Source: Candidatus Moranbacteria bacterium UBA2282 (lineage in GTDB: Bacteria > Patescibacteriota > Minisyncoccia > Moranbacterales > UBA2206). From it: a stretch of 64,000 nucleotides of DNA. A model generated the notes under the pieces. It worked only from the letters and a program-made list of their open reading frames with translations. It ran no database searches and was not told the origin of the DNA. How positions within the stretch are numbered: the first letter of the stretch is position 1; every line of letters begins with the position of its first letter. The position numbers and the translations under genes were made by a program. Shown piece by piece: positions 1-10,056 of the stretch. The stretch covers positions 4,439 to 68,438 of the forward strand of contig DDWQ01000014.1 in NCBI GenBank assembly GCA_002345745.1. Reading direction: 5' to 3'.

Positions 1-84
1 TTTTTAGTGTAATAATGATAGAATGTTAAAAAAGAGTTCACCCAGTTAAATAATTTTTTAAATTTTTAGGAATTTAAAAAATTA

Positions 85-178
85 AGATTTGAATCTGGGT
101 AGCAAATATGAATTTATACATAAAAAACTAATTACTTAATAATAAATAAGGTGATTCTCATAGCAGGATTCAAATCTT
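85..178 (+). promoter_or_regulatory. 12-bp perfect inverted repeat (AAGATTTGAATC ... GATTCAAATCTT) in the pyk 5' region
   Basis: Arms at 85-96 and 167-178 read directly. The loop is ~70 nt and the second arm ends ~15 nt before the pyk ATG at 193. Confidence 0.3.
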
Positions 179-192
179 ATTTAACGGGGTAA

Positions 193-1596
193 ATGAAAAA
201 AACAAGAATTGTTGCCACTATTGGACCAGCTTCTGATAGTAAAGAAAATATGCGAAAAATAGTAGAGGCAGGTGTGAATGTCTTTCGTTTGAACTTTTCG
301 CATGGTACGCATAAAACACACCAAAACATAATTGATCTGGCAAAGGAATTGCGAACTGAAATAAAAAGACCCTTGGGAATTCTAGCTGATTTGCAAGGAC
401 CAAGAATTCGCGTTGGTAATGCTGAACCTTTTGAAATTGAAAAAGGCGAGATTATTTTTGTCAGTGACAAGCGAGCTACTGATGAAAAGGAATTAATCAT
501 TGATTCTGATGGCGTGGTTTCATCCTTGCAAATAGGCGAGCGGATTTTAGTGGAAGATGGTTTGATGAAATTTGTCGTGGTGGAAAAACTAGAAAATTCA
601 GTTCGTGCGGAAGTCTTGAATGGCGGAACGATTAAGCCAAGAAAAGGTATGAACTTGCCGGATACTAAGTTGACGTTTGGTGCAGTAACGGAAAAAGATA
701 AACTTGATTTAGAATTCGCGCTGAAGAATGAAGTGGACTTTGTGGCTCTGTCTTTTGTTAGTAACGCGCAGGAAGTTTTGGAAACTCGCGAAAGTATGAA
801 AAAATTTTTAGGCAGACAAGATAGTTTACCACAAATTATAGTAAAGGTGGAAAGAAAAGAAGCGATTGATAATATCGATGAAATTATTACTGCTACTGAT
901 GTGGTGATGGTGGCACGCGGAGATTTAGGTATTGAAATGGCAGAAAGCAAAGTCATCCTCTATCAAAAAGAAATTATTGCAAAATGTTTACAAGCAGCGA
1001 AGACTGTGATTGTGGCAACGCAAATGTTGGACTCAATGATAAACAATCCTATTCCGACTCGTGCGGAAGTTTCGGATGTGACCAATGCGGTGATTGACCA
1101 TACGGATGCGGTGATGCTTTCCGGTGAAAGTGCTAGTGGAAAATATCCAATTGAAGCAGTGGCAACAATGACGCAAATCATTAGCGATACAGAGGAATCA
1201 CCTTTCGATGATATTAATGAGCATTTTGAACATATTATTTATAGTGACTATGCTTCAATTATGTGTAGTGCGCATGAAATGGCGATTAATTCTGATGCCA
1301 AAGCAATTGTACTTTTTAGCGAATCAGGTGTTTCTGCTAGAATGATGGCACACCACAGACCAGAACAGATGATGCTTGTTGGTACGCATAATCCAAAAAC
1401 ATATAACCAAATGTCGATTGTCTGGGGTGCTCGTGCTTATTTTTTTGAGACACAAGATCGAGAGGAGCTAGTGGACACTATGATTAATATAAACAAAGAA
1501 GCTGGAAGGTTATCTGCGGGCGATAAAGTAATAGTTATTTTAGGTCGAGTTCCGAAAGGAAAGGACATCGCACTAGTCGGCATTCGAATAGTTTAG
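193..1596 (+). CDS. pyk: pyruvate kinase
   Basis: 467 aa. N-terminus MKKTRIVATIGPAS; FRLNFSHG; MVARGDLGIE; C-terminal regulatory domain. Classic PK signatures. Confidence 0.9.
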   Translation: MKKTRIVATIGPASDSKENMRKIVEAGVNVFRLNFSHGTHKTHQNIIDLAKELRTEIKRPLGILADLQGPRIRVGNAEPFEIEKGEIIFVSDKRATDEKELIIDSDGVVSSLQIGERILVEDGLMKFVVVEKLENSVRAEVLNGGTIKPRKGMNLPDTKLTFGAVTEKDKLDLEFALKNEVDFVALSFVSNAQEVLETRESMKKFLGRQDSLPQIIVKVERKEAIDNIDEIITATDVVMVARGDLGIEMAESKVILYQKEIIAKCLQAAKTVIVATQMLDSMINNPIPTRAEVSDVTNAVIDHTDAVMLSGESASGKYPIEAVATMTQIISDTEESPFDDINEHFEHIIYSDYASIMCSAHEMAINSDAKAIVLFSESGVSARMMAHHRPEQMMLVGTHNPKTYNQMSIVWGARAYFFETQDREELVDTMININKEAGRLSAGDKVIVILGRVPKGKDIALVGIRIV

Positions 1597-1643
1597 ATTT
1601 TTTTAAGAGTGGACAAACAATGCTCATTTTTGGTAGGATTAAA

Positions 1644-1669
1644 GCGAGGCAAAGCACGCCTCGCTTTTT
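1644..1669 (+). terminator. intrinsic terminator after pyk
   Basis: GCGAGGC-aaagcac-GCCTCGC hairpin followed by TTTTT. Confidence 0.6.
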
Positions 1670-1673
1670 AAAT

Positions 1674-1762
1674 GGAGGGGTCGCATAGTGGCCGAGTGCA
1701 CCACCTTGGAAAGGTGGCATACTGTTAAAGGTATCGGGAGTTCGAATCTCCCCCCCTCCGCC
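1674..1762 (+). tRNA. tRNA-Ser (anticodon GGA), class II with long variable arm
   Basis: Acceptor GGAGGGG/CCCCTCC. Anticodon stem ACCACC/GGTGG with loop TTGGAAA. Long variable stem-loop. T-arm GGGAGTTCGAATCTCCC. Discriminator G. Confidence 0.8.
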
Positions 1763-1855
1763 TTCGCTACGCTGAAGCGTAGCTACGGCGTGACGAAGTC
1801 CGCTTACAGATACGCGAAAGCGAGAATATTTTTTATAATTTATTTATACAATTAT

Positions 1856-2236
1856 ATGAAAGCAGTGCAAACAAATCTGGCACCACAAGCAATTGGTCCA
1901 TATTCGCAAGCCATAATTGCAGGCGAATTTATCTTTTGTTCCGGACAAATCCCAATTAATCCTGAAACGGGAAAGGTTATTGAGGGTGGAATTAGAGAGC
2001 AATCAGAGCAAGTTATAAAAAATTTACAAGCAGTGCTACGCGAAGCTGGAGTTGATTTGAAAAATGTCGTTAAGACCGAAATATATCTAGCTAATATGGA
2101 GGACTTTTCCGCTATGAACGAGGTGTATAGTGAAAATTTTACAACACAGCCATATCCAGCTAGAGCTACGATAGAAGTTGCATGCTTGCCAAAAAATGTA
2201 TTAATAGAAATTTCCTGTATAGCTTATAAAAAATAA
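1856..2236 (+). CDS. ridA: RidA/YjgF/TdcF family reactive enamine-imine deaminase
   Basis: MKAVQTNLAPQAIGPYSQAI... typical RidA N-terminus. The listed ORF's upstream part overlaps the tRNA, so the start was moved to the in-frame ATG at 1856. Confidence 0.8.
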   Translation: MKAVQTNLAPQAIGPYSQAIIAGEFIFCSGQIPINPETGKVIEGGIREQSEQVIKNLQAVLREAGVDLKNVVKTEIYLANMEDFSAMNEVYSENFTTQPYPARATIEVACLPKNVLIEISCIAYKK

Positions 2237-2240
2237 TTAT

Positions 2241-3491
2241 ATGCAAATGAGTATTGACATTAAAATGATTGAAATGGCTTATGAACAAATTAAGAATGTA
2301 GTAATAAAAACGCCATTGCAATTTCATAATGGATTGTCAGAAAAATTTCAAGCAAAAATTTATTTAAAGCGAGAAGATTTGCAAACAGTTCGATCATATA
2401 AAATTAGAGGTGCCTATAATAAAATATCGTTACTTTCAGAACAAGAAAAAAAGCGCGGAGTTGTTTGTGCTAGTGCTGGCAATCATGCACAGGGAGTAGC
2501 TTTCAGTTGTGACAAGTTGAAAATAAAAGGATATATTTTTATGCCTTCCAATACTCCAAAACAGAAAATAGAAAGAGTTAGACGTTTTGGTGGACGATGG
2601 ATAGAAATTATTATTGAAGGTGATAGTTTTGATGAAACTTGCCGGGAAGCCGAAAAATTTTGTAAAAAAAATAAATCAGTTTTTATTCACCCTTTTGACG
2701 ACCCAACAGTAATCGCTGGACAAGGTACAATCGGAGTAGAAATTTTTGAACAACTTTCAGAAAAAATAGATTACATTATTGCTCCAATTGGTGGCGGAGG
2801 CTTAATTTCTGGTTTAGGCATTTATGCTAAAAATAAAAATCCAAAATTAAAATTAATTGGTGTTGAGCCAGAGGGCGCACCATCTATGTCACAAGCACTT
2901 AAAGCAGGAAAGGTGGTGAAACTTGAGCATATTGATAAATTTGTTGATGGTACTGCGGTTAAGGCTGTGGGTAAATTAGGATTTGAAATTTCTAAAAAAC
3001 TTGTCGACGAAATGCTGTTAATCCCAGAAGGCTTGATTTGTCAGAAAATGATTTATTTATACCAAAATAATGGTATAGTCACAGAACCAGCCGGTGCACT
3101 TTCTGTCGCAGCACTAGAAAAATTGGGGACCAAAATTAAGAATAAAACTGTAGTTTGCATTGTAAGTGGTGGAAATAATGACATCAGTAGATATCCAGAG
3201 ATTGTTGATAGAAGTTTAATATATCAAGGATTGAAGCACTATTTTATTGTAGAATTTTCTCAAAAAGCGGGATCCCTCCGTAATTATCTAGACACCATTC
3301 TAGGTCCTAATGATGACATTGTCTTGTTTGATTATTTCAAGAAAAATAATCGGGAAACTGGTCCAGCTCTGGTTGGTATTGAGCTGACAAAAAAAGAAGA
3401 CCTACAACCATTGTTAAAAAGAATGGATAAATCAGGACTTAAATATCAGGTTTTAGACAGAAAAAGCACATTACTTAAATTTATTCTATAG
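2241..3491 (+). CDS. ilvA: threonine dehydratase (biosynthetic type, PLP-dependent, one C-terminal regulatory ACT-like domain)
   Basis: SYKIRGAYNKI PLP-lysine motif; GGGGLISG; SGGNND; 416 aa. Confidence 0.85.
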   Translation: MQMSIDIKMIEMAYEQIKNVVIKTPLQFHNGLSEKFQAKIYLKREDLQTVRSYKIRGAYNKISLLSEQEKKRGVVCASAGNHAQGVAFSCDKLKIKGYIFMPSNTPKQKIERVRRFGGRWIEIIIEGDSFDETCREAEKFCKKNKSVFIHPFDDPTVIAGQGTIGVEIFEQLSEKIDYIIAPIGGGGLISGLGIYAKNKNPKLKLIGVEPEGAPSMSQALKAGKVVKLEHIDKFVDGTAVKAVGKLGFEISKKLVDEMLLIPEGLICQKMIYLYQNNGIVTEPAGALSVAALEKLGTKIKNKTVVCIVSGGNNDISRYPEIVDRSLIYQGLKHYFIVEFSQKAGSLRNYLDTILGPNDDIVLFDYFKKNNRETGPALVGIELTKKEDLQPLLKRMDKSGLKYQVLDRKSTLLKFIL

Positions 3492-3592
3492 CTATTGCAA
3501 TGTTTATAGCAAATGACTACTCTCTTGACAGCATACATATCTTGTTATAAAATAGCACTATAATATAACATAACTTGTAATATAAATAGACT

Positions 3593-4939
3593 ATGTTTAA
3601 TCGAGACATTCTGACCTATCTAGAGAAATGGAGGCTTAAAAAAGGTAGAAAACCGCTTGTTTTGCGCGGAGCCAGACAAGTTGGAAAAACTTATGCTGTC
3701 ACAATTTTTGCCAAAGAACATTTTAAGAATTTTGTCTATATAAACTTGGAAAAAGCTGAACATTTTGAGCTTTTCAAGGAAACAAACACAATAGAAGAAT
3801 TTGAAAAAATAGTTGATATTGTTTTTAAGCAAAAGATTGTACCGGGGGAAACATTAGTTTTTATTGATGAAATCCAAAATACGCCAAATCTTGTTTCATT
3901 GTTGCGGTTTTTCTATGAAGAGCAGCCGGATTTGCATGTGGTTGCCGCTGGATCATTGTTAGAAATTAAAATCAAAAAAGAAGGATTGTCTATGCCAGTA
4001 GGCAGAGTGGAATATGCCTATGTATATCCACTAACATTTTTTGAATTTTTAGGAGCGATTAAAGAAAACAACCTTTTGGATTTTTTGAAGAAAATTACTT
4101 TGCAGGAAAAAATACCGGAGGCGATTCATAAACATGCATTAAAATTATTTCATCAATATACACTGATAGGCGGTATGCCAGAAATAGTTGCAATGCACGC
4201 AGAAAAAAAGCCACAAGAAGAAATAAATTCAGCGTACTCATCACTGCTTACTGCGTACAGTGAGGATATTTACAAATATGCATCTAGTGCCGAAGTCAAA
4301 TATTTGCGGCATGTTTTAGAGCAGGCACCCTATTTTGCTGGGGAGCGGATTACTTATGAAAAATTTGGTGGTGGCATCTATCGCAGTCGTGAAATGAGTG
4401 AGGCCTTTAATATTCTGGAAAAAACGATGATTGTGCGGCAAGTGGGCGCCACAAAATCTTTGCGTTTGCCATTGATTGGACAAAAAAAGAATGCAAAAAA
4501 ACTGATGTATTTGGATAGCGGTTTTGTTAATTTCAAAAACAATATTCAATCGGAATATATTAAGATAGCAGACCTAAATGATCTGTATCGCGGTAAAATA
4601 GCTGAGCAGATTGTAGGACAAAACATTATCGCCGGTGGATTGCATAGTGAGCAAGATTTGTTCTATTGGGCGAAAGAAAAATTAAACTCTCAGGCAGAAG
4701 TTGATTTTTGTGTGGCACATCAGGGAAAGCTTATTGGCATCGAAGTGAAATCAGGGCATTCAGCTCGACTGAAATCTCTTTTGAGTTTTGCTGGTAGTGT
4801 GGAAAATAGCAAATTAATCAGAGTTTATAGCGGACAGAAACAACAGGAAAACATTTTAGTTGCGGGCAAGACTCATCAACTTGTTTCTTTGCCATTCTAT
4901 TTGGTGAATCGCCTTTTTGATTTTAGCACAAACTCTTGA
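3593..4939 (+). CDS. AAA+ ATPase with DUF4143-like C-terminal domain
   Basis: Walker A GARQVGKTY; Walker B LVFIDEIQ. Architecture resembles COG1373-type ATPases. Confidence 0.65.
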   Translation: MFNRDILTYLEKWRLKKGRKPLVLRGARQVGKTYAVTIFAKEHFKNFVYINLEKAEHFELFKETNTIEEFEKIVDIVFKQKIVPGETLVFIDEIQNTPNLVSLLRFFYEEQPDLHVVAAGSLLEIKIKKEGLSMPVGRVEYAYVYPLTFFEFLGAIKENNLLDFLKKITLQEKIPEAIHKHALKLFHQYTLIGGMPEIVAMHAEKKPQEEINSAYSSLLTAYSEDIYKYASSAEVKYLRHVLEQAPYFAGERITYEKFGGGIYRSREMSEAFNILEKTMIVRQVGATKSLRLPLIGQKKNAKKLMYLDSGFVNFKNNIQSEYIKIADLNDLYRGKIAEQIVGQNIIAGGLHSEQDLFYWAKEKLNSQAEVDFCVAHQGKLIGIEVKSGHSARLKSLLSFAGSVENSKLIRVYSGQKQQENILVAGKTHQLVSLPFYLVNRLFDFSTNS

Positions 4940-5135
4940 TAAAATACCTCAAAGGGAGGTATATTTATTTAAGCTCGGCGAAGACTAAAGGCTAAAAATC
5001 ATAATCTGAAAATACAATCCAGTGATGGTAAATTATATCTATTTGAAATAGGATTATTGCATACTTCGAGCTCTTTGCCTTATTTCACGTAGTATAATAT
5101 AGTATATACATTAAGAGACTAGTATTTATACGAAA

Positions 5136-6974
5136 ATGTCTGATATTGACGATATAAAATCACGCCTGAACATCGTTGATGTGTTGGGAGGATATATCCG
5201 CTTGGAAAAAGCCGGTGCTAATTGGCGCGCTAATTGTCCTTTTCATAATGAAAAAAGCCCTTCTTTTATGGTGAGCGAAGATAAACAGATTTGGCATTGT
5301 TTTGGTTGTCAAAAAGGCGGGGATATTTTTGGCTTTGTGATGGAGATTGAAGGATTGGAATTCCGTGAGGCGCTGAATCTCTTGGCAGAAAAAGCTGGTG
5401 TTGAATTGAAAAAAGTTAATCCCAAACAGGCGGCAGAAAAAAATCGTACATTAGAAATTTTGGAAATGGCGACTAAATTCTATCAAGCACATTTATTGCA
5501 AACTCCAGCCGGTAAAAAAATTATGGAATATCTGCAAGAGCGGGGTATCAATGAAGAATCAATCAAAGATTTTCGTTTGGGCTATGCACCCAATGGTTGG
5601 AAAAATACATTGAATTTTTTATTAAAAAAAGGTTTTTCGGAAAATGAAATTGCTAAGACAGGACTATTGGTGGAAAAAAATAGACAGGAAACAAATTCTA
5701 CAAACTACCAACCACAAACTACCAACTATTACGACCGTTTTCGAGACCGCATAATTTTCCCCATTGCCGATACTAATGATAAAATCGTGGGCTATAGCGC
5801 TCGCGTAGCGCCAGGTGGGGATGAGTCGCAGGCTAAATATGTTAATTCGCCGGAAACAGAAGTCTATCACAAGAGTAAAATTTTGTATGGCATCAATCGT
5901 GCGAAGAATGGAATTAGACAAAGCGGAACTGTTCTGTTAGTGGAAGGTAACACTGACGTTATCGCGTCTCATCAAGCAGGTCTCGCAAATACGGTGGCTG
6001 TTTCTGGCACTGCTTTGACGCCAGAGCATATAAATATTATAAAAAGATATGCCACTGATATTCGAATGTGTTTTGATATGGACAACGCTGGAGAATTAGC
6101 CACGAAAAAAAGCATTAAGCTTTGTTTTGAAAAGGAAATTAATGTGCATGTGGTGCAATTACCATCGGGCAAGGATGCGGCAGAACTCGCTAAAAATAAT
6201 CCAGAACTTTTGCGTAGTGCGGTGGAAAATGCTAAGCCAGCGATGGAATATTTTTTTAATGCTGTATTTGCAAAGTATAATAAAGAAAAAGTAGAAGATA
6301 AGAAAAAGATAACACAAGAACTTCTTGAGATGATTAGTTATTTAGCAAACGAAATTGAAAAAAGTCATTGGTTGAAAAAATTGGCTACTGAGATTGACGT
6401 GAATGAAAATACATTGACGGATATGCTAAAAAGAGCTAGTCTTGAAAGTAGAGTAGTTACACCTTCACAAGACTTGTCTCAAGAGAGCAAGATCTTCGCC
6501 CCTAGTGGCAAAATAGAAACTCTCACAACGGATCTAATTGGATTGATGCTAGTATATAGCAATGTTTGGAAGGAAGTGTTGGAAAAGGAAAATTTATCCT
6601 TTATCCCAAAAGATAGCCTTCTAATTATTATGATTCAAAAAGGTAGGGAGTTTCGTTTTAGTTTTGATGAACTAATTAAAAATATTGATGTGCCCTTTGA
6701 CAAATCAAGGGCTGAAAAAATATATTTTGAAAGTCGCTATCGGGTTGGATTGGACAATGAGCTAGAGGAGGTTATCTTGGAGCATCCTTTGCTAGAAGCA
6801 AAAAATAGATTGCAAAACATCAAATATGAAATTAATAAAAACTTGCTAGATAAAATATCCAAGGATCTGGATGTTGCTAAAAAAAATTCAGATAAAGAAG
6901 CTGTAAAAATCCTAATGGAGGAGTATACTAAAATTAATAAAGAACAATCTTTATTAAACAAGGAAATAAATTAG
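5136..6974 (+). CDS. dnaG: DNA primase
   Basis: Zn-ribbon CPFHNEKSPSFMV...WHCFGCQKGGD; TOPRIM region (LVEGNTDVIA). Confidence 0.9.
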   Translation: MSDIDDIKSRLNIVDVLGGYIRLEKAGANWRANCPFHNEKSPSFMVSEDKQIWHCFGCQKGGDIFGFVMEIEGLEFREALNLLAEKAGVELKKVNPKQAAEKNRTLEILEMATKFYQAHLLQTPAGKKIMEYLQERGINEESIKDFRLGYAPNGWKNTLNFLLKKGFSENEIAKTGLLVEKNRQETNSTNYQPQTTNYYDRFRDRIIFPIADTNDKIVGYSARVAPGGDESQAKYVNSPETEVYHKSKILYGINRAKNGIRQSGTVLLVEGNTDVIASHQAGLANTVAVSGTALTPEHINIIKRYATDIRMCFDMDNAGELATKKSIKLCFEKEINVHVVQLPSGKDAAELAKNNPELLRSAVENAKPAMEYFFNAVFAKYNKEKVEDKKKITQELLEMISYLANEIEKSHWLKKLATEIDVNENTLTDMLKRASLESRVVTPSQDLSQESKIFAPSGKIETLTTDLIGLMLVYSNVWKEVLEKENLSFIPKDSLLIIMIQKGREFRFSFDELIKNIDVPFDKSRAEKIYFESRYRVGLDNELEEVILEHPLLEAKNRLQNIKYEINKNLLDKISKDLDVAKKNSDKEAVKILMEEYTKINKEQSLLNKEIN

Positions 6975-7016
6975 TTATTTTACCATAGAGTCTAAAGGTT
7001 AATTTTAAAAAAACCT

Positions 7017-8480
7017 ATGATTAAGAAGAAAAATATAAAAAAGCCGCTAAATAATAAAAAGAAAAAAGCTCCTGTGAAAAAAACTATTAAAAAAACGAAC
7101 AAAAAGATTGTAGTTAAAAAACCAATCAAGATGGTTGCTAAAAAGGTTACCAAAAAAGTTGTGCCGAAAAAAATTACCAAAATCGTAAAAAAATCGGTCA
7201 AAAAAGTAATAAAAACAGCACATCCAACAAAAATAATTAAGACTAAAAAAGTCTCGCAAGTTGCTGGAGCAAAAAAAATTATTAAAACAGAACATGTTCG
7301 AACAAGGAAAATAAAACAAAGTCGAGCCGAGAAAAAAATAAGTCAAGGCAAGAAAGTTGTGCCGTTTAAAGCTAAAGAAGAAAAGAAAAAGAGTATCGCT
7401 GAAGAACTTGTATATCGCGGAAAGCAACGAGGATTTATTACTGAAGATGAAATTCTACATGCTTTTCCTGATGCGGAAAAAAGCATTGATGATTTAGGAA
7501 GTTTATATGAAAAATTGGAAGAGCTAGGTGTGAATGTTTTGGGTTCAGATGAGATGATTAAAATGGAGACTGATAAAATCGGAGAAAATTTGGATGAGGA
7601 AAAAAATAGCAAAAAAAGAAAAAAGAAGGAAGTTGTTATTCCCGAGGAATCATCTTCTGACCTTGTACAGATGTATTTGCGTGAGATTGGGCGAGTGGAT
7701 TTATTAAAATCAGATGAAGAAGTTTCTCTAGCAAAAAGAATTGAAAAAGGCGATCCAATTGCCAAACAGCAATTAACAGAGGCTAATTTGCGACTTGTAG
7801 TGAGTATTGCAAAAAAATATGTTGGTCGTTCACATAATTTGTCACTGTTGGATTTGATTCAAGAGGGTAACATTGGACTTTTTCGTGCAGTTGAAAAATT
7901 TGATTATACAAAAGGTTATAAATTTTCAACCTATGCGACTTGGTGGATTAGACAAGCAGTCACACGAGCATTAGCTGATCAGTCACGAACAATTCGCATC
8001 CCAGTGCATATGGTTGAAACGATTAATAAATATACACAAATCACCAGGCGATTGGTGCAAGACCTTGGACGTGAACCATTGCCAGAAGAAGTAGCAGTTG
8101 AAATGGGATTAGAAGTTGATAAAATCAGGCACATAATGAAAATTTCACAAGAGACTGTCTCTCTGGAAACTTCTGTTGGTGACAGTGATGATGATAGTGT
8201 CTTGGGAGACTTCATCGAAGACACAGAAACAGTTATGCCACATCATGTCGCTTCACGAAAACTTTTGCGAGATCATGTTGCGCAAATTTTGGAAACACTC
8301 ACACCGCGCGAACAAAAAATTCTGAAAATTCGTTTTGGTTTGGAAGATGGCGTGGTGCATACACTGGAAGAAGTGGGGCAGGAGTTTGGTGTGACGCGGG
8401 AGCGAATTCGGCAGATTGAAGCCAAAGCTCTAGAGAAAATCAGAGAGCATGATGGGATTAATAAATTGAAGGATTACTAG
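7017..8480 (+). CDS. rpoD: primary sigma-70 factor with ~120-aa lysine-rich N-terminal extension
   Basis: Regions 2-4 ([40 protein letters not shown]; [21 protein letters not shown]). The N-terminus is KKxxKK repeats. Lies directly downstream of dnaG. Confidence 0.9.
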   Translation: MIKKKNIKKPLNNKKKKAPVKKTIKKTNKKIVVKKPIKMVAKKVTKKVVPKKITKIVKKSVKKVIKTAHPTKIIKTKKVSQVAGAKKIIKTEHVRTRKIKQSRAEKKISQGKKVVPFKAKEEKKKSIAEELVYRGKQRGFITEDEILHAFPDAEKSIDDLGSLYEKLEELGVNVLGSDEMIKMETDKIGENLDEEKNSKKRKKKEVVIPEESSSDLVQMYLREIGRVDLLKSDEEVSLAKRIEKGDPIAKQQLTEANLRLVVSIAKKYVGRSHNLSLLDLIQEGNIGLFRAVEKFDYTKGYKFSTYATWWIRQAVTRALADQSRTIRIPVHMVETINKYTQITRRLVQDLGREPLPEEVAVEMGLEVDKIRHIMKISQETVSLETSVGDSDDDSVLGDFIEDTETVMPHHVASRKLLRDHVAQILETLTPREQKILKIRFGLEDGVVHTLEEVGQEFGVTRERIRQIEAKALEKIREHDGINKLKDY

Positions 8481-8573
8481 GATTTGTAGAGGAAACTTGA
8501 TTTTTTAGTAGAGTTTGGTATACTAAGTAGGCTTTAAAAATTTAACCTTTGTATCAATAAAAAAGTGCAAAGT

Positions 8574-8647
8574 TCCGCGATAGCTCAATGGTAGAGCAGT
8601 TGACTGTTAATCAATTGGTTCCAGGTTCGAATCCTGGTCGCGGAGCC
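8574..8647 (+). tRNA. tRNA-Asn (anticodon GTT)
   Basis: Acceptor TCCGCGA/TCGCGGA. Anticodon loop CTGTTAA. T-arm CCAGGTTCGAATCCTGG. Ends GCC with no encoded CCA. Confidence 0.8.
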
Positions 8648-8689
8648 TTGCACTTTTTTTATTTTGCCTAATTTGTCGAGGACGGTCCT
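8643..8689 (+). repeat. left copy of 47-bp direct repeat (overlaps the tRNA-Asn 3' end)
   Basis: GAGCCTTGCACTTTTTTTATTTTGCCTAATTTGTCGAGGACGGTCCT. Matches 11829-11874 with 1 indel and 1 substitution. Confidence 0.8.
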
Positions 8690-8795
8690 TGTTAAACACA
8701 ATATACGATACAATTCGACTTCAATTTGATGGCAGACTTGACTATTAGATATAATCGTATATAATTGAATATAGTTAAATATATACGATAAAAAT

Positions 8796-9848
8796 ATGGA
8801 AAATAGATTTGCAAAAAGGGCTATTTTAAGCCAGGAAATACTTCAAAAAATAACTAAAATTGATGAATTTAAAGGTTTATGGAAGGGTAGTTTGAGGTTG
8901 AGTCCACAGACATTGGGCAGGCTCAAACGCAGTGTGCTCATCACTAGTACAGGAGCTTCTACGCGCATTGAAGGCTCAAGGATGTCTGACAAAGAAGTGG
9001 CTAGACTTATCGCTGGTTTGAAATCAACACCACCCAAAGGTAGAGATGCACAAGAGGTGGCTGGTTACGCTGATCTTTTAGGAAGAATTTTTGATAATTG
9101 GAAAACTCTTAAAATTACTGAGGGTCAGATTTTACATTTCCATCAGATCCTGCTTAATTTTTCCGAAAAAGACAAAACTCACAAAGGCAACTACAAAACA
9201 TCTGATAATATGGTAGTTATGAGAAAAGTTGATGGCACGGAGGTTGTAATTTTTGAGCCGACCAAGCCATATCTTACTAAAAAAGAAATGGATGATGTTT
9301 TACACTGGCTAAGTGGCGAAATGAAAAAAGGGGAAACGCACCCACTCATTTTGATTGCTAATTTCATTTTTGAATTTTTAGCAATCCATCCTTTTCGTGA
9401 TGGAAATGGCCGGCTTTCCAGAGCACTGACCACACTGTTGCTTCTTAAATTTGGTTATACTTATGTCCCGTATGTTTCATTGGATGAAATTATTGAAGAA
9501 AAGAAGATTGATTATTATTTGGCTCTGCGAAAAACTCAGTCCAAACATAAAACAAAAAAAGAGGACATTACGCCATGGCTAAATTTTCTTTTAGATGCAC
9601 TTATTGAACAAATTAAAAGAGCTAAAAGCATAATGGAAGAGGATCAACCGGAAAAGTTGCTTTCGGAAAAACAACTTCTAATTTATCAGTTATTTCAAGT
9701 CGACACGCTGAGCGTTTCAGAAATTAGTAGTCTTATTAAAGACTCAATTCCAATGGTGACATTAAAGCAGTCGCTGTCACGCTTGGTGGCTTTGAGATTG
9801 ATTGAACGAGTTGGCATGGGCAGGGGCAGTCGATATAAAAAATTATAG
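8796..9848 (+). CDS. Fic family protein (AMPylation-type Fic fold) with C-terminal winged-helix-like domain
   Basis: Fic motif HPFRDGNGRLSR; upstream inhibitory-type motif STRIEG ([ST]xxxE[GN]); 350 aa. Confidence 0.8.
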   Translation: MENRFAKRAILSQEILQKITKIDEFKGLWKGSLRLSPQTLGRLKRSVLITSTGASTRIEGSRMSDKEVARLIAGLKSTPPKGRDAQEVAGYADLLGRIFDNWKTLKITEGQILHFHQILLNFSEKDKTHKGNYKTSDNMVVMRKVDGTEVVIFEPTKPYLTKKEMDDVLHWLSGEMKKGETHPLILIANFIFEFLAIHPFRDGNGRLSRALTTLLLLKFGYTYVPYVSLDEIIEEKKIDYYLALRKTQSKHKTKKEDITPWLNFLLDALIEQIKRAKSIMEEDQPEKLLSEKQLLIYQLFQVDTLSVSEISSLIKDSIPMVTLKQSLSRLVALRLIERVGMGRGSRYKKL

Positions 9849-10056
9849 ATGTTTTTTCAAAGCAGTCCTGACTTCTTCCAGGATTCGGATTCGTATTACA
9901 AAAGAGCCTGATTAAGGCTCTTTTATGCTATTAAATCGGTTCGAACATTTGATACCTTGAGCTTACATTTGAACCACTCGAGTAACTTTTATTATAATTT
10001 GACATAATTAAACTTAAGCGTTAAACTTTACTTATAATAAATCATAAATAAACTTT

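Noticed and set aside
177-956. 259-aa minus-strand ORF overlapping pyk
   Set aside because: Antisense to a strongly supported pyruvate kinase gene. Ser/Thr/Ile-rich low-complexity translation, typical of antisense frames in AT-rich coding DNA.
1688-1855. N-terminal 56 codons of the listed 182-aa ORF (upstream part of ridA)
   Set aside because: Overlaps tRNA-Ser and the GC-rich hairpin. Homology to RidA begins only at the internal Met (1856).
7047-7765. Minus-strand ORFs (126 aa and 140 aa) inside the rpoD lysine-rich region
   Set aside because: Artefacts of poly-A/poly-T coding for the Lys-rich tail; Phe/Leu-rich nonsense translations.
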